DNA from: Acidobacteriaceae bacterium
GTDB lineage: Bacteria; Acidobacteriota; Terriglobia; Terriglobales; Acidobacteriaceae
Assembly: GCA_965277145.1 (NCBI GenBank)
Contig: OZ255717.1
Coordinates: 435,626-499,625 of the forward strand
DNA length: 64,000 nt
Direction of reading: 5' to 3'
In this document: positions 47,196-56,930 of the stretch, piece by piece
Position numbering within the stretch: position 1 is the stretch's first letter
Layout of the letters: each line of letters opens with the position of its first letter
Program-made: the position numbers and the translations under genes
Notes under the pieces: model-generated
Database searches by the model: none
What the model was told of the DNA's origin: nothing
The model's input: only the letters and a program-made list of their open reading frames with translations

Positions 47196-48535
47196 TTGTT
47201 AGACTCCTGAGTCGCATGATGGCCTTGGTCCTCCTGTGCGCAGCCCCGGCCTTGGCCCTCCTGTGTGCAGGCCCTGCCTTGGCGCAACTTCGACCCTCCG
47301 TAATCATTCCAGACACCCCCGCCGGACAGACCTTGCAGGCGTGGCTTCAAGCCTTCAACAGTGGCGATCGCACAAAGCTCGAAGCCTACGTAAAAACACT
47401 CGATCCTACGCAATCCGTCGACGGTATGCTGGCGTTTCACAACGGCACGGGAGGCTTCGATCTGCTCTCGATCGAAAGCAGCGAGCCCCTCCACATCCGC
47501 TTCCGAGTCAAAGAAAAGTCCAGCCCGACCAATGCACTCGGCAATCTGTCTGTGCAGCCTGGTCAACCTGCGGTAGTCAAGACCTTCAACATGCGTGCCC
47601 TTCCACCCGGCGTCACACCGGTCGATGTCCACGTCGACGCGGCCATGCGAGATCGTGTGATCCAAGGTGTCGCAACCAATCTAAGCACCGCCTACATAGA
47701 CGCCGCCGTCGCCCAGCAGATGATCGCTTCCCTCCAAACACGCGCCGCAAAGGGCGACTACAACGCCATCACGGACGGCGACGCCTTTGCCATGCGCCTC
47801 ACCCAAGACCTGCAGGCCGTCAGCCACGACAAACACCTCCGCGTCATGTTCAACCCGTTCAGTATGCCTGCGCGCAGCGAGCCCACCCCTGAAGACATCG
47901 CGCGCTTTCACGAGCATCTCAGACATATCAACTGCGGCTTCGAAAAAGTCGAACTCCTGCCCAGCAACATCGCCTACGTCAAGTTCAATGAATTCGCGGA
48001 TGCCTCTTTCTGCGGATCGACCGTCGCTTCTGCTATGGGCTTCATCGAGCATGCCGATGCCGTCATCTTCGACCTGCGCGAAAACGGTGGAGGCCAGCCG
48101 GCCATGGTCACCCTGATCGCCAGCTATCTGTTCGATCACCCTACCCACCTCATCGACATCTACAACCGTCAGGAAAACTCCACCGTCCAGAACTGGACCC
48201 TCTCCTACCTCCCAGGCCTCCGGCTAACCAAGCAGCCCGTCTACGTCCTCACCGCAAGCAGAACCTTCTCCGGCGCCGAGGAGTTCGCCTTTGATCTCCA
48301 AAATCAGAAACGCGCCACCATCGTCGGCGAGGTCACCGGCGGCGGCGCTCATCCCGTCTCCGGCCATCCCATCGCCGAATACTTCGAAATCGGCGTGCCC
48401 TTCGCCAAGTCACTCGATCCCGTGACCGAGACCAACTGGGAAGGCACCGGCGTCACGCCAGACGTCAAGGTCCCGGCAGCCGACGCACTCGCCACAGCCG
48501 AAAAGCTCGCACGGGCAAAGCTTCAGGAGAAGTAA
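47192..48535 (+). CDS. S41 family (IRBP-like) secreted peptidase
   Basis: LSHDKHL-like VSHDKHL, NIAYVK, IFDLRENGGG, RTFSGAEEF, IVGEVTGGG, NWEGTGVTPD; overlaps the MarR stop (ATGA). Confidence 0.93.
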   Translation: MIVRLLSRMMALVLLCAAPALALLCAGPALAQLRPSVIIPDTPAGQTLQAWLQAFNSGDRTKLEAYVKTLDPTQSVDGMLAFHNGTGGFDLLSIESSEPLHIRFRVKEKSSPTNALGNLSVQPGQPAVVKTFNMRALPPGVTPVDVHVDAAMRDRVIQGVATNLSTAYIDAAVAQQMIASLQTRAAKGDYNAITDGDAFAMRLTQDLQAVSHDKHLRVMFNPFSMPARSEPTPEDIARFHEHLRHINCGFEKVELLPSNIAYVKFNEFADASFCGSTVASAMGFIEHADAVIFDLRENGGGQPAMVTLIASYLFDHPTHLIDIYNRQENSTVQNWTLSYLPGLRLTKQPVYVLTASRTFSGAEEFAFDLQNQKRATIVGEVTGGGAHPVSGHPIAEYFEIGVPFAKSLDPVTETNWEGTGVTPDVKVPAADALATAEKLARAKLQEK

Positions 48536-48578
48536 AAGAGAGCAGCCGCACCAGACCAATCTGCCCTTTCCCCGCTTT

Positions 48579-48682
48579 GTTAAGGGCCACGGCTTCAGCC
48601 ATGCCGTAACCGCGACCGATGCAATGCGGCTTAGCCGCTGAGGTACGCTTCCGACTAGCCCAGAGACTAAATCAGACCCTCC
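48579..48682. mobile_element. Second copy of the 39.9-kb hairpin MITE
   Basis: GTTAAGGGCCACGGCTTCAGCCATGCCGTAACCGC...GCGGCTTAGCCGCTGAGGTACGCTT...CTAAATCAGACCCTCC; right TIR recognisable, left unclear. Confidence 0.75.
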
Positions 48683-49726
48683 CTATCGCCGGCCCGCGAA
48701 ATGAATCAGCAACGGCAGCACCACACCCACCACCACAAGCCCACCCAGAATCACCCATGAGACCGGCCGTCCAAAGTTCATCGTGTACCCCACACCTTCG
48801 CGCTTCGGCACCATCAGCGCCCCATCCTCCGGGTTAAAGTACAGCAGACCGCCCTTCCAGAACCGGTCTTCCGTCGTCCTCTGCGCCGCCAGCACCGCCT
48901 CCGGCATCTGCATCGACCGGTACACGAGATACACCACCAGCCCCAGCGAGCAGCACATCGAGCCAAGCACCACCATCGGCGCCGGCACCGCCGGATCGTG
49001 CGCCAGAGCCGACAAACTGATCGTGCAAAACAACAGCGAGATCATCCAGGCCACCCCGCGAAGCGCGTTCCTGGTCAGCCGCAACATCGCCGGCCGCCCA
49101 GCATGACCCGGCGAAGATCGCCCCGCAAGCTCCCCCAGCAAAGTCAACACCATCACCAGCACCCCAGCCACAACGAGAGGCCCAAAGAGACTCAGCACAT
49201 CCCGTCCGCCCCACCCATCCGGCCTGCCGTCCATCCCCCAATGGATCGGAAACCTCGCCGGGATCGTGTCCCACCGAAACCACAGCACCCCCGCACTGAC
49301 GATCAGCGGCAACATCGCCGCAAGCGTCCCCGGCCACCACGTCCTCTCATCGCTTCGCACGGTCAGCGACGCTCTCCGAACCGCACGGCCCCCGCTGCGA
49401 AACGGCCTCAGCTCTCCCCACGTCCTCACCCACAGCCAAAGCAGACCCACACCCTCCCAAGCCGCCGAGACGCCCACCATCCAGCCATGCCCCTGCAGAA
49501 GTCCCAGCGACGCGAGCCCGATCGAGCTGACACAGATCCCCGCCGCAGCAACCGCATACCCGCGCTTCATCCGCCGAGCGTCCGCACCGCGGGCAAACTC
49601 ATCCGAGACCCGCGTTCCCAGCACCATCCCGTCACGGCTCCAAAACAGCGGCAGCAAGCAAGCCCCGGCAGCAGCAAGCATCGGAAACAAGACAGACAAA
49701 AAGACAATCGTGTGCACCACAATCAC
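48683..49726 (-). CDS. DUF1648/DUF5808 membrane protein (SdpI-like immunity type)
   Basis: IPARFPIHWGMDGRPDGW (DUF1648); FWKGGLLYFNPEDGALMVPKREGVGYTMNFG (DUF5808). Confidence 0.85.
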   Translation of the reverse strand: MIVVHTIVFLSVLFPMLAAAGACLLPLFWSRDGMVLGTRVSDEFARGADARRMKRGYAVAAAGICVSSIGLASLGLLQGHGWMVGVSAAWEGVGLLWLWVRTWGELRPFRSGGRAVRRASLTVRSDERTWWPGTLAAMLPLIVSAGVLWFRWDTIPARFPIHWGMDGRPDGWGGRDVLSLFGPLVVAGVLVMVLTLLGELAGRSSPGHAGRPAMLRLTRNALRGVAWMISLLFCTISLSALAHDPAVPAPMVVLGSMCCSLGLVVYLVYRSMQMPEAVLAAQRTTEDRFWKGGLLYFNPEDGALMVPKREGVGYTMNFGRPVSWVILGGLVVVGVVLPLLIHFAGRR

Positions 49727-50106
49727 CCCTGGAGAATGCCCGTTACATCCCGTTCGATCGCCCGGGCAGAGATCCCCTTCAATTGCATCTCCGCAACAAG
49801 TTGGCGAAGCCGTTGCCGAAGCAGCTTCTGTTCCGCCCGCGCAATCGGAAGTCCCGATCCAAGCGGCCGCACCACCGCACGCCGACCGTGGCTCAGGTCG
49901 ATCCAGCCCTCCTCCGCAAGTTCCCGATACGCCTCCGCAATCGTGTTAAAGTGCACCCCGAGCTGAGCCGCCAGCCTGCGCACGGACGGCAACTGATCCC
50001 CGGGAGTGAGTGTCCCCGCATTCAGATGGAGTCGAAGCTGGTCAACCACCTGCCGGTAAGCCGGAACCGGTGACGCAAGATCCACCTCGATCAGAGCTTC
50101 GGCCAT
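49723..50106 (-). CDS. GntR family regulator (YtrA-type, short)
   Basis: PAYRQVVDQLR, LPSVRRLAAQLGVHFNTIAEAYREL; stop overlaps the start of the next gene. Confidence 0.92.
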   Translation of the reverse strand: MAEALIEVDLASPVPAYRQVVDQLRLHLNAGTLTPGDQLPSVRRLAAQLGVHFNTIAEAYRELAEEGWIDLSHGRRAVVRPLGSGLPIARAEQKLLRQRLRQLVAEMQLKGISARAIERDVTGILQG

Positions 50107-50112
50107 AACCCT

Positions 50113-50135
50113 ACTGTATGCTTACCCCATACAGT
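50113..50135. promoter_or_regulatory. Putative GntR operator
   Basis: ACTGTATG-N7-CATACAGT immediately upstream of the GntR ATG. Confidence 0.6.
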
Positions 50136-50151
50136 GTCAACCGAAATCCGC

Positions 50152-50357
50152 AAGAGCAAAGGAAATATCGGCATAGAGGGCATCTGCTCTTTTGTTGTCA
50201 TTCCCAGAGGGGAATCTGCTTCTGCCCTTGCCCTTGCCGTCGCCAGTTTCACCGCCGTCATCCTGAGCGCAGCGAAGGACCCTGTAGTTGCGGTTGCCCT
50301 TCTCCTTGCACTTGCCGTTCCAGTTGCCTCTCGCCTTCTAATCCGACCCGCTATTTA
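50152..50357 (+). repeat. REP-like cassette (type-I cap, A and B units, GTTGCC hexamers)
   Basis: Units at 50197(A) and 50257(B); ends CTAATCCG like the 35.27-kb copy. Confidence 0.8.
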
Positions 50358-50386
50358 GGCTGGCCCAAGTCAGGTTGATCGGTAAA

Positions 50387-51037
50387 TCAAGCCTTCGAGA
50401 GATCCTTGTATGCGTCGCGAATTGCAATTCCCTCGACTCGTAAAGGGCGTTGGTCTCTGGGTCGTCTTTGTAGTAGGGCGCCGCGTCGGACAAGGACCAA
50501 GCCTCCCTTAACCCGCGCGTCTATGGTGAAGCCGCTTTGCCCCGACGCTAACAAACGATCTACCTGATCATAATCTTCCGTAGAGGCCGCCCGGCTGAGT
50601 AGCTCTTCAGCTTCATCAAGATTGGCTTGCGGGATGTCCTTCTCAGGCGGCTGGGCAAGGCTCTTCACTAACTCCATATGCCGTTGAGCAATTTCCTCGA
50701 GCTTGCCTGAAAGCTGAGCACCTGGCACTTGCTCTTGTTTGAGAATGGAGAAAGAGCCAAGGACGGCTTCACGGCTCGCATTAAGCTGACCTGCGAGTTC
50801 TGAGACGCGGCCCTCTGCGGCAGTGCCTGCAGCTTGGAGTAGGTGAGCTACTTCGTCGCTAGTGAATGCGACGATGACGGTGGAACTGGCTCCCGGACCA
50901 TCCGCGAACGCGATGTTTTCACCCAAAACGTACTGCTTCACCGCATCATTCACTGCCTTCACCGCTGCGATGGACTGTGACGGAAGAAGTAGTGTGGTTG
51001 TTGGTGAAACCGATGTTCTTTCCACGCGGTGAGACAT
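50387..51037 (-). CDS. Hypothetical helical protein (lower GC)
   Basis: 216-aa ORF with atypical codon usage, about 50% GC in a counted line; no recognisable motif. Confidence 0.55.
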   Translation of the reverse strand: MSHRVERTSVSPTTTLLLPSQSIAAVKAVNDAVKQYVLGENIAFADGPGASSTVIVAFTSDEVAHLLQAAGTAAEGRVSELAGQLNASREAVLGSFSILKQEQVPGAQLSGKLEEIAQRHMELVKSLAQPPEKDIPQANLDEAEELLSRAASTEDYDQVDRLLASGQSGFTIDARVKGGLVLVRRGALLQRRPRDQRPLRVEGIAIRDAYKDLSKA

Positions 51038-51408
51038 CCCCTGGGCGGCGCATTGTTCCTAGATAAGCTAAGAAGTGAGCGCGCCGCCGCCACGAGTTCG
51101 GGATCGTCATCAGCATTTATCGCCGCGAGATGACGATCGAACGCGATCTTCTTCTCGACTGATTCCGGCTCGGCTCGTAGCTGACTTATGGCTAGCGCTG
51201 CTTCGCTTTGATGGACAAACCGGCGCTTAACGAGTGCCTAAGACCATGGTAGGCCCAGGTCTTTCTTGGCTTGTCCTCGATGCAAAAGATGTCGAGTTGC
51301 TCGAACGGATCTGTAGGCCGTACCCCTGTGGCGCAGTTACTCCATCGCACTCGTACAATTGGATAGGGCGCATAGAGCAGAACACAGGTGGGGAGGAACT
51401 CTTCTCCG

Positions 51409-51640
51409 AAAGGTCTTACTAATGTCTGCTCCTGATAGGTCCGCTTTTCTTGTTGTCATTCCCGGAGGGAATCTGCTTCTGCCGTTGCCGTTGCTCTTGC
51501 CGTTGCCAGTTTCACCGCCGTCATCCTGAGCGAAGCGAAGGACCCCTGTAGTTGCCCCTGCCGTTGCGTTTCGTGTTGTCATTCCCGGAGGAAATCCGCT
51601 CTTCTTTCTCGGGGCGGCAAAACGCTTCCCAAGCTCTCCG
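51409..51640 (+). repeat. REP-like cassette (A-B-A)
   Basis: Units at 51455, 51520 and 51578; left leader AGGTCTTACTAATGTCTGCTCC and right GGGCGGCAAAACGC resemble the 28.3-kb array caps. Confidence 0.8.
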
Positions 51641-51855
51641 GCAAATCGTTCTTGGATCCAAAGTCGGCCGTAAAAATGTGACCATTGAACACCTGTCCGT
51701 GTACCAAGGTCCAGACCTAAGTGCAATGGATTGAAGATTTTAGCGCATAAAGGCCGGGGTGGTGGGGGCCATACCCTTCAAGCGCGTAAGCTCCTCCAGG
51801 GCACGTGACTGAACTTCGCCGGAAACGTTTCCGACGAATCCGGATACAATCCCGG

Positions 51856-54540
51856 ATGTCCCAGAAGCAGCCTCCGAGCCGCTCCCATAAGGGTCAGTTC
51901 CTGAAAGGTCAGGTCGTGCTCCCCGCGAAATCCCGTCGCCTCCTCCAATCCCTCCTCGCCCTCGCGCTCCTCCCCCCCGCACTCATGTCCGCAGCCCCCC
52001 TCACCCGCACCGACCTCCACACCGGATGGCAGTTCCGCGAGATCACACCCGCCCATCCCGGCCCACCGGCAGAGTGGCGCCCCGCCACCGTCCCCGGCGA
52101 CATCCACCTCGACCTCCTCGCCAACAAACTCATCCCAGACCCCTTCTTCGGAACCAACGAAGCCAAGCTCCAGTGGATCGACAAAGCCGCCTGGGAGTAC
52201 CGCACCAACCTCGACGCCACCCCCGCCCTCCTCCGCCGCGAGCACGTCGATCTCGTCTTTGAAGGTCTCGACTCGCTCGCCGAAGTCACCCTCAACGGCC
52301 ATCCCGTCCTCACCGCCGACAACGCCTTCCGCGGCTGGCGCGCCGACATCAAACCCCTCCTTCGCCCAGGCCCGAACGAACTCCACATCACCTTCCCCTC
52401 CCCCCTCGCCACCGCCTCCGCCATCGCCCTCGCCGACCGCTACCACGGCCAGACGCCCGCAGCCGACAAGACCTACCTCCGCAAGGCCGCCTACGAGTAC
52501 GGCTGGGACTGGGGCCCCGTCTTCGTGACCAGCGGCATCTGGCGGCCAGTCCATCTCGAAGCCTGGGACGACGCCCGCATCCAGGACCTCCACATCCGCC
52601 AGCGCGACATCTCGCCCGCGCTCGCCCGTCTCGAAGCCCAGATCGACGTCCAGTCCGCGGCCGCCACCCACGCCACCCTCCGCCTCTCCTACGCACTCAA
52701 CGGCCACACACAGGAGCTCCGGCAAACCTTTGACCTCACCCCCGGCGTCAATCACCTCACCCTCCCCCTCGAGATCCCGCGGCCAGCTCTCTGGTACCCC
52801 AACGGCTACGGCGACCAGCCGCTCTATACCTTCATCGCCCGCCTCAACGTGAGCAACAGCGACGCCGACGAAGCAACCCGCCGTACCGGCCTGCGCTCCG
52901 TCGTCCTCCGCCGCGACAAGGATCAGTACGGCCGCTCCTTCGAGTTCCTCATCAACGGCATCCCCGTCTACAGCAAGGGCGCCGACGTCATCCCGTTCGA
53001 CAGCTTCCCGTCCCGCGTCACCACCGCGCAGTACCGTCGCATCCTTCAGTCCGCCAAAGACGCCAACATGAACATGATCCGGCACTGGGGCGGCGGCTAC
53101 TACGAGACCGACGAGTTCTATTCCATCGCCGACGAGCTCGGCATCATGGTCTGGCAGGACTTCATGTTCGGCAACGACTGGCAGCCCGGCACCTACGAAT
53201 TCCGTCAGCAAGTCGCCCAGGAAGCCGAGTTCCAGGTCACCCGCCTCCGCGACCACCCCTCCATCGTCCTCTGGTGCGGCAACAACGAAACCGAAGAGTC
53301 CCTCTTCTGGGAGCGCAATCTAAAGGTCGTCCGTGGCCTCGACGCCGCCGGCCACCGCCGCATCTGGCAGGACTATCTCCTCCTCTTCTCGTCCACACTT
53401 CCACGCATCGTCGATCGCCTCGATCCTGAAACACCGTACTGGCCAAGTTCTCCCTCCGCCGACTATGAAGACACGCTTGCCCCCGGCGAGCACACCGGCG
53501 ACTCCCACAACTGGGACGTCTGGCACAGCCGTCTCCCCTTCTCAACCTACGAAACGCATCACGAACGCTTCGTCTCCGAATACGGCTTCCAGTCCTTTCC
53601 CGAGATGCGCACCATTGAGGCGTTCACCACGCCCGCCGATCGCGCCTCGATCTTCACCCCCGTCATGCTGGCGCACCAGAAAAACGACGAAGGCAACGCC
53701 ATCATTCATGACTACCTGCTGCAGGACTACACCGAACCCAAAGACTTCGCCTCCTTTCTTTATGTCAGCCAGGTTCTCCAGGCCGAAGGAATCAAGATCG
53801 GCGCCGAACACCTTCGCCGCATCCGTCCACAAAACATGGGCGGTATCTATTGGCAGCTGAACGACTGCTGGCCAGTGGCGTCCTGGTCCTCCATCGACTA
53901 CTTCGGACGTTGGAAGGCGCTGCAGTTCTACGCCCGCCGTTTCTACGCACCCCTCCTTGTCTCGCCGCACGTCGAGGACGGCGCTCTAACCGTCTACGTC
54001 GTCTCCGATCGCACATCTCCAACCACAGCTCAGCTCCACCTCCGGCTCATGAACTTCTCAGGCGCCGTCGCCCGTGAAGAAACCCGCTCGGTAACCATTC
54101 CTCCCCTCTCCAGCGCCGTCTACCTCCGGCTTCCGCTCTCCGATCTCTCCAGCAATCCGTCAACCATGGTCGCCGTCGCGGAGCTCACAAGCCCCGGCCA
54201 GCCAACCGCCTCCAACCTGACCTATCTCACCCCGACCAAGCAGATCCAGCTGCCGGCCGCGACCATCACGACCGACCTCGAGCCTGCTCCAGGAGGCTTC
54301 CGTCTCCGTCTCTCCTCTCCCGTCCTCGCCCGCAGCGCGTACGTCACCTTCGGCAATCTCGAAGCCGAGCCCTCCGACAATTACTTCGACCTGCTTCCCA
54401 ATCAGCCCGTAGATCTCACCATCAAAACCTCCGCCTCCGGAGACAATCTCCGTTCCAATCTGAAGGTCATCTCACTCGTCGACGCCCTCTCTCCTCTTAT
54501 CGGCACAAACCCCGTCCAGCATCAGCCACTTCCAAAATAA
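51856..54540 (+). CDS. GH2 beta-mannosidase-like glycoside hydrolase
   Basis: YGWDWGP, KGADVIP, NMIRHWGGGYYE, WCGNNE, RFVSEYGFQSFP, YWQLNDCWP. Start uncertain. Confidence 0.93.
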   Translation: MSQKQPPSRSHKGQFLKGQVVLPAKSRRLLQSLLALALLPPALMSAAPLTRTDLHTGWQFREITPAHPGPPAEWRPATVPGDIHLDLLANKLIPDPFFGTNEAKLQWIDKAAWEYRTNLDATPALLRREHVDLVFEGLDSLAEVTLNGHPVLTADNAFRGWRADIKPLLRPGPNELHITFPSPLATASAIALADRYHGQTPAADKTYLRKAAYEYGWDWGPVFVTSGIWRPVHLEAWDDARIQDLHIRQRDISPALARLEAQIDVQSAAATHATLRLSYALNGHTQELRQTFDLTPGVNHLTLPLEIPRPALWYPNGYGDQPLYTFIARLNVSNSDADEATRRTGLRSVVLRRDKDQYGRSFEFLINGIPVYSKGADVIPFDSFPSRVTTAQYRRILQSAKDANMNMIRHWGGGYYETDEFYSIADELGIMVWQDFMFGNDWQPGTYEFRQQVAQEAEFQVTRLRDHPSIVLWCGNNETEESLFWERNLKVVRGLDAAGHRRIWQDYLLLFSSTLPRIVDRLDPETPYWPSSPSADYEDTLAPGEHTGDSHNWDVWHSRLPFSTYETHHERFVSEYGFQSFPEMRTIEAFTTPADRASIFTPVMLAHQKNDEGNAIIHDYLLQDYTEPKDFASFLYVSQVLQAEGIKIGAEHLRRIRPQNMGGIYWQLNDCWPVASWSSIDYFGRWKALQFYARRFYAPLLVSPHVEDGALTVYVVSDRTSPTTAQLHLRLMNFSGAVAREETRSVTIPPLSSAVYLRLPLSDLSSNPSTMVAVAELTSPGQPTASNLTYLTPTKQIQLPAATITTDLEPAPGGFRLRLSSPVLARSAYVTFGNLEAEPSDNYFDLLPNQPVDLTIKTSASGDNLRSNLKVISLVDALSPLIGTNPVQHQPLPK

Positions 54541-54604
54541 ATTTGTCCGCATCCTCTGTCCCGCGATCCAACCTCCCACATAGAGGTTCAACGAGGCCCT
54601 CCGT

Positions 54605-56725
54605 ATGAAATTCCTGCCGCTACTCACCCTCCTCTCCGCCTCCGCCCTCTTAGCCCAATCGCCCCAGGCCGCTTCGACGGATCAGCCCCGCCCGCCCTCC
54701 ACCCCCCTCATCACCCACAACCCGTACTTCTCCGTCTGGTCAAACACCGACAATCTCACCGATTCGCCCACCCGCCACTGGACCGGCGCCCCCCAGCCCA
54801 TCGCCGGCCTCATTCGCATCGACGGTCACCCCTTCCGCTTCATGGGCCGCGACCCGCACGACGTCCCCGCCATGCAGCAGACCAGCCACATCGTCACCCC
54901 CACCCACACCCGCTACAGCTTTACCGCCGGCGGCATCCAGCTCGATCTCACCTTCTTCACCCCCACAATCCTGTCCGACCTCGACATCCTCTCGCGACCA
55001 GTCACCTACATCAGCTTCACCGCGCGATCAGTCGACGGCGCAACGCACAACGACGTCTCCGTCCTCCTCGACGTCAATCCCCTCATCGCGGTCAATGGCA
55101 ACGGAGACGCCGTCACCTACTCCCGCAATCTGACCGCCACTCAAACCGTCCTCTCCGTCGGCTCCCGCGATCAACGCATCCTCAATCGCTCCGGCGACGA
55201 CCTCCGCATCGACTGGGGCTACTTCCATCTCTCCGTCCCCAAAGACGAAGAATCGACCTCCGCGATCTCGCCAGACAACATCCGCGCCTTCGCCGCTACC
55301 GGCCACCTTCCCGAGGCCGACGACATGGAGCAGCCCGAGATCGTCGGCCACGACGACGCGCACCTCGCCACCGAACTCCCCCTCCACACCGTCGCCGCCC
55401 AGCCCGTCACCCGCCACCTCCTCGTCTCCTACACCGAGACCTTCGCCATCCAGTACCTCCAGCGCAACCTGCGGCCCTGGTGGCAGCGCAATGGCCAAAC
55501 CGTCGACGCCATGCTCGACGCCGCCGAACGCGATCTGCCCGCGCTTGAAGCCCGCGGCAACCGCCTCGACACCGATCTAAGCGCCGACCTAACCCGCTCC
55601 GCCGGCGCCCACTACGCCGCCATCTGCGTCCTCGCGTATCGCCAAGCATGGGCCGCCCACGGCTTCGTCGCCGACGTCGACGGCAAACCCCTCGTCTTCG
55701 GCAAAGAGAACTTCTCCAACGGCAGCATCGATACCGTCGACGTCTTCTATCCCGCCGCGCCCTTCTTCCTCCTGCTCAACCCGGTTCTGCTCGAGGCAGA
55801 GGTCCGGCCCGTGCTCGAGTACACCGCCCTCCCCAATCGCTGGCGCTTCCCCTTTGCGCCTCACGACCTCGGCCAATATCCCCTCGCCAACGGTCAACGA
55901 TACGGCGGTGGTGAAAAAACCGAAGAAAACCAGATGCCCGTCGAAGAATCCGGCAACATGCTCCTGCTCGTCGACGCTCTCGCCCGCGCCCAAGGCAAGA
56001 CGACGCTCGCCGAACAGTACTGGCCCCAGCTCACCCAGTGGGCCGAGTTCCTCCGCGATCACGGCCTCGACCCCGAAAAACAGCTCACCACCGACGACTT
56101 CGCCGGCCACGTCACCCACAACGCCAACCTCGCACTCAAGGCCATCGACGCCCTCGAAGCCTACGCCGACCTCGCCAAGCTCCTGCACAAAGACACCGTC
56201 GCCCGCGACTACTCCAAACTCGCCCACACCTACGCCGGCAAATGGATCAGCCTCGACCGGGAAGGCGATCACTTCAAACTCGCCTACGACTCCCCCAACA
56301 CCTGGAGCCAGAAGTACAACCTCGTCTGGGACCAGCTGCTCGGCTACAACCTCTTCCCCAAAGCCGTACGCGACTCCGAAATCCGCTTCTACCTCACAAA
56401 AATCAACACCTACGGCCTCCCGCTCGACAGCCGCGCCGACTACACCAAGCTCGACTGGTCCGTCTGGACCGCCACCCTCGCCGACAACCCCACCGCCTTC
56501 AACGCATTCATCGACCCCATCTATAAGTGGATCGGCGAGACCCCGACGCGCGTCCCGCTCACCGACTGGTACGACACCAAAAACGGCAAACAGATCGGCT
56601 TCCAGGCACGTTCCGTCGTCGGCGGCGTCTACATCAAGGCTCTCGCCGACAAACACCTCGCCGACAAATATCGAGCACTGGCAGCCCAACCACAGACCTC
56701 CGCCGAGACGCCCACGCAGAAGTAA
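54605..56725 (+). CDS. GtaA glutaminase-like protein (DUF5127/DUF4965/DUF1793)
   Basis: RPPSTPLITHNPYFSVWS, KENFSNGSIDTVDV, APHDLG.YP, MPVEESGNM, TDDFAG, WSQKYNLVWD, PLTDWY, ARSVVGG. Confidence 0.88.
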   Translation: MKFLPLLTLLSASALLAQSPQAASTDQPRPPSTPLITHNPYFSVWSNTDNLTDSPTRHWTGAPQPIAGLIRIDGHPFRFMGRDPHDVPAMQQTSHIVTPTHTRYSFTAGGIQLDLTFFTPTILSDLDILSRPVTYISFTARSVDGATHNDVSVLLDVNPLIAVNGNGDAVTYSRNLTATQTVLSVGSRDQRILNRSGDDLRIDWGYFHLSVPKDEESTSAISPDNIRAFAATGHLPEADDMEQPEIVGHDDAHLATELPLHTVAAQPVTRHLLVSYTETFAIQYLQRNLRPWWQRNGQTVDAMLDAAERDLPALEARGNRLDTDLSADLTRSAGAHYAAICVLAYRQAWAAHGFVADVDGKPLVFGKENFSNGSIDTVDVFYPAAPFFLLLNPVLLEAEVRPVLEYTALPNRWRFPFAPHDLGQYPLANGQRYGGGEKTEENQMPVEESGNMLLLVDALARAQGKTTLAEQYWPQLTQWAEFLRDHGLDPEKQLTTDDFAGHVTHNANLALKAIDALEAYADLAKLLHKDTVARDYSKLAHTYAGKWISLDREGDHFKLAYDSPNTWSQKYNLVWDQLLGYNLFPKAVRDSEIRFYLTKINTYGLPLDSRADYTKLDWSVWTATLADNPTAFNAFIDPIYKWIGETPTRVPLTDWYDTKNGKQIGFQARSVVGGVYIKALADKHLADKYRALAAQPQTSAETPTQK

Positions 56726-56930
56726 GTCCGACACCCTGAGCGCAAGCCCAGCAAATCCGGTCGGCCACAGCGACACGCGCGAAGCCCAGGCCAGCCGCAC
56801 CAGAGCACACTCACCGCGCTGTCTGGGAGAGCCACGTCTCCACACTTCCGTAACCATAAAAGGGGAACGAGATACACCAGAAAGTGGCGTTGACATTTTC
56901 CTGCCCGCCGCCGTCAACTGAAGATGTCCT

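Noticed and set aside
43600-51700. Prophage or integrative element
   Set aside because: No integrase, att repeats, tRNA target or phage structural genes; better explained as piecemeal insertions.
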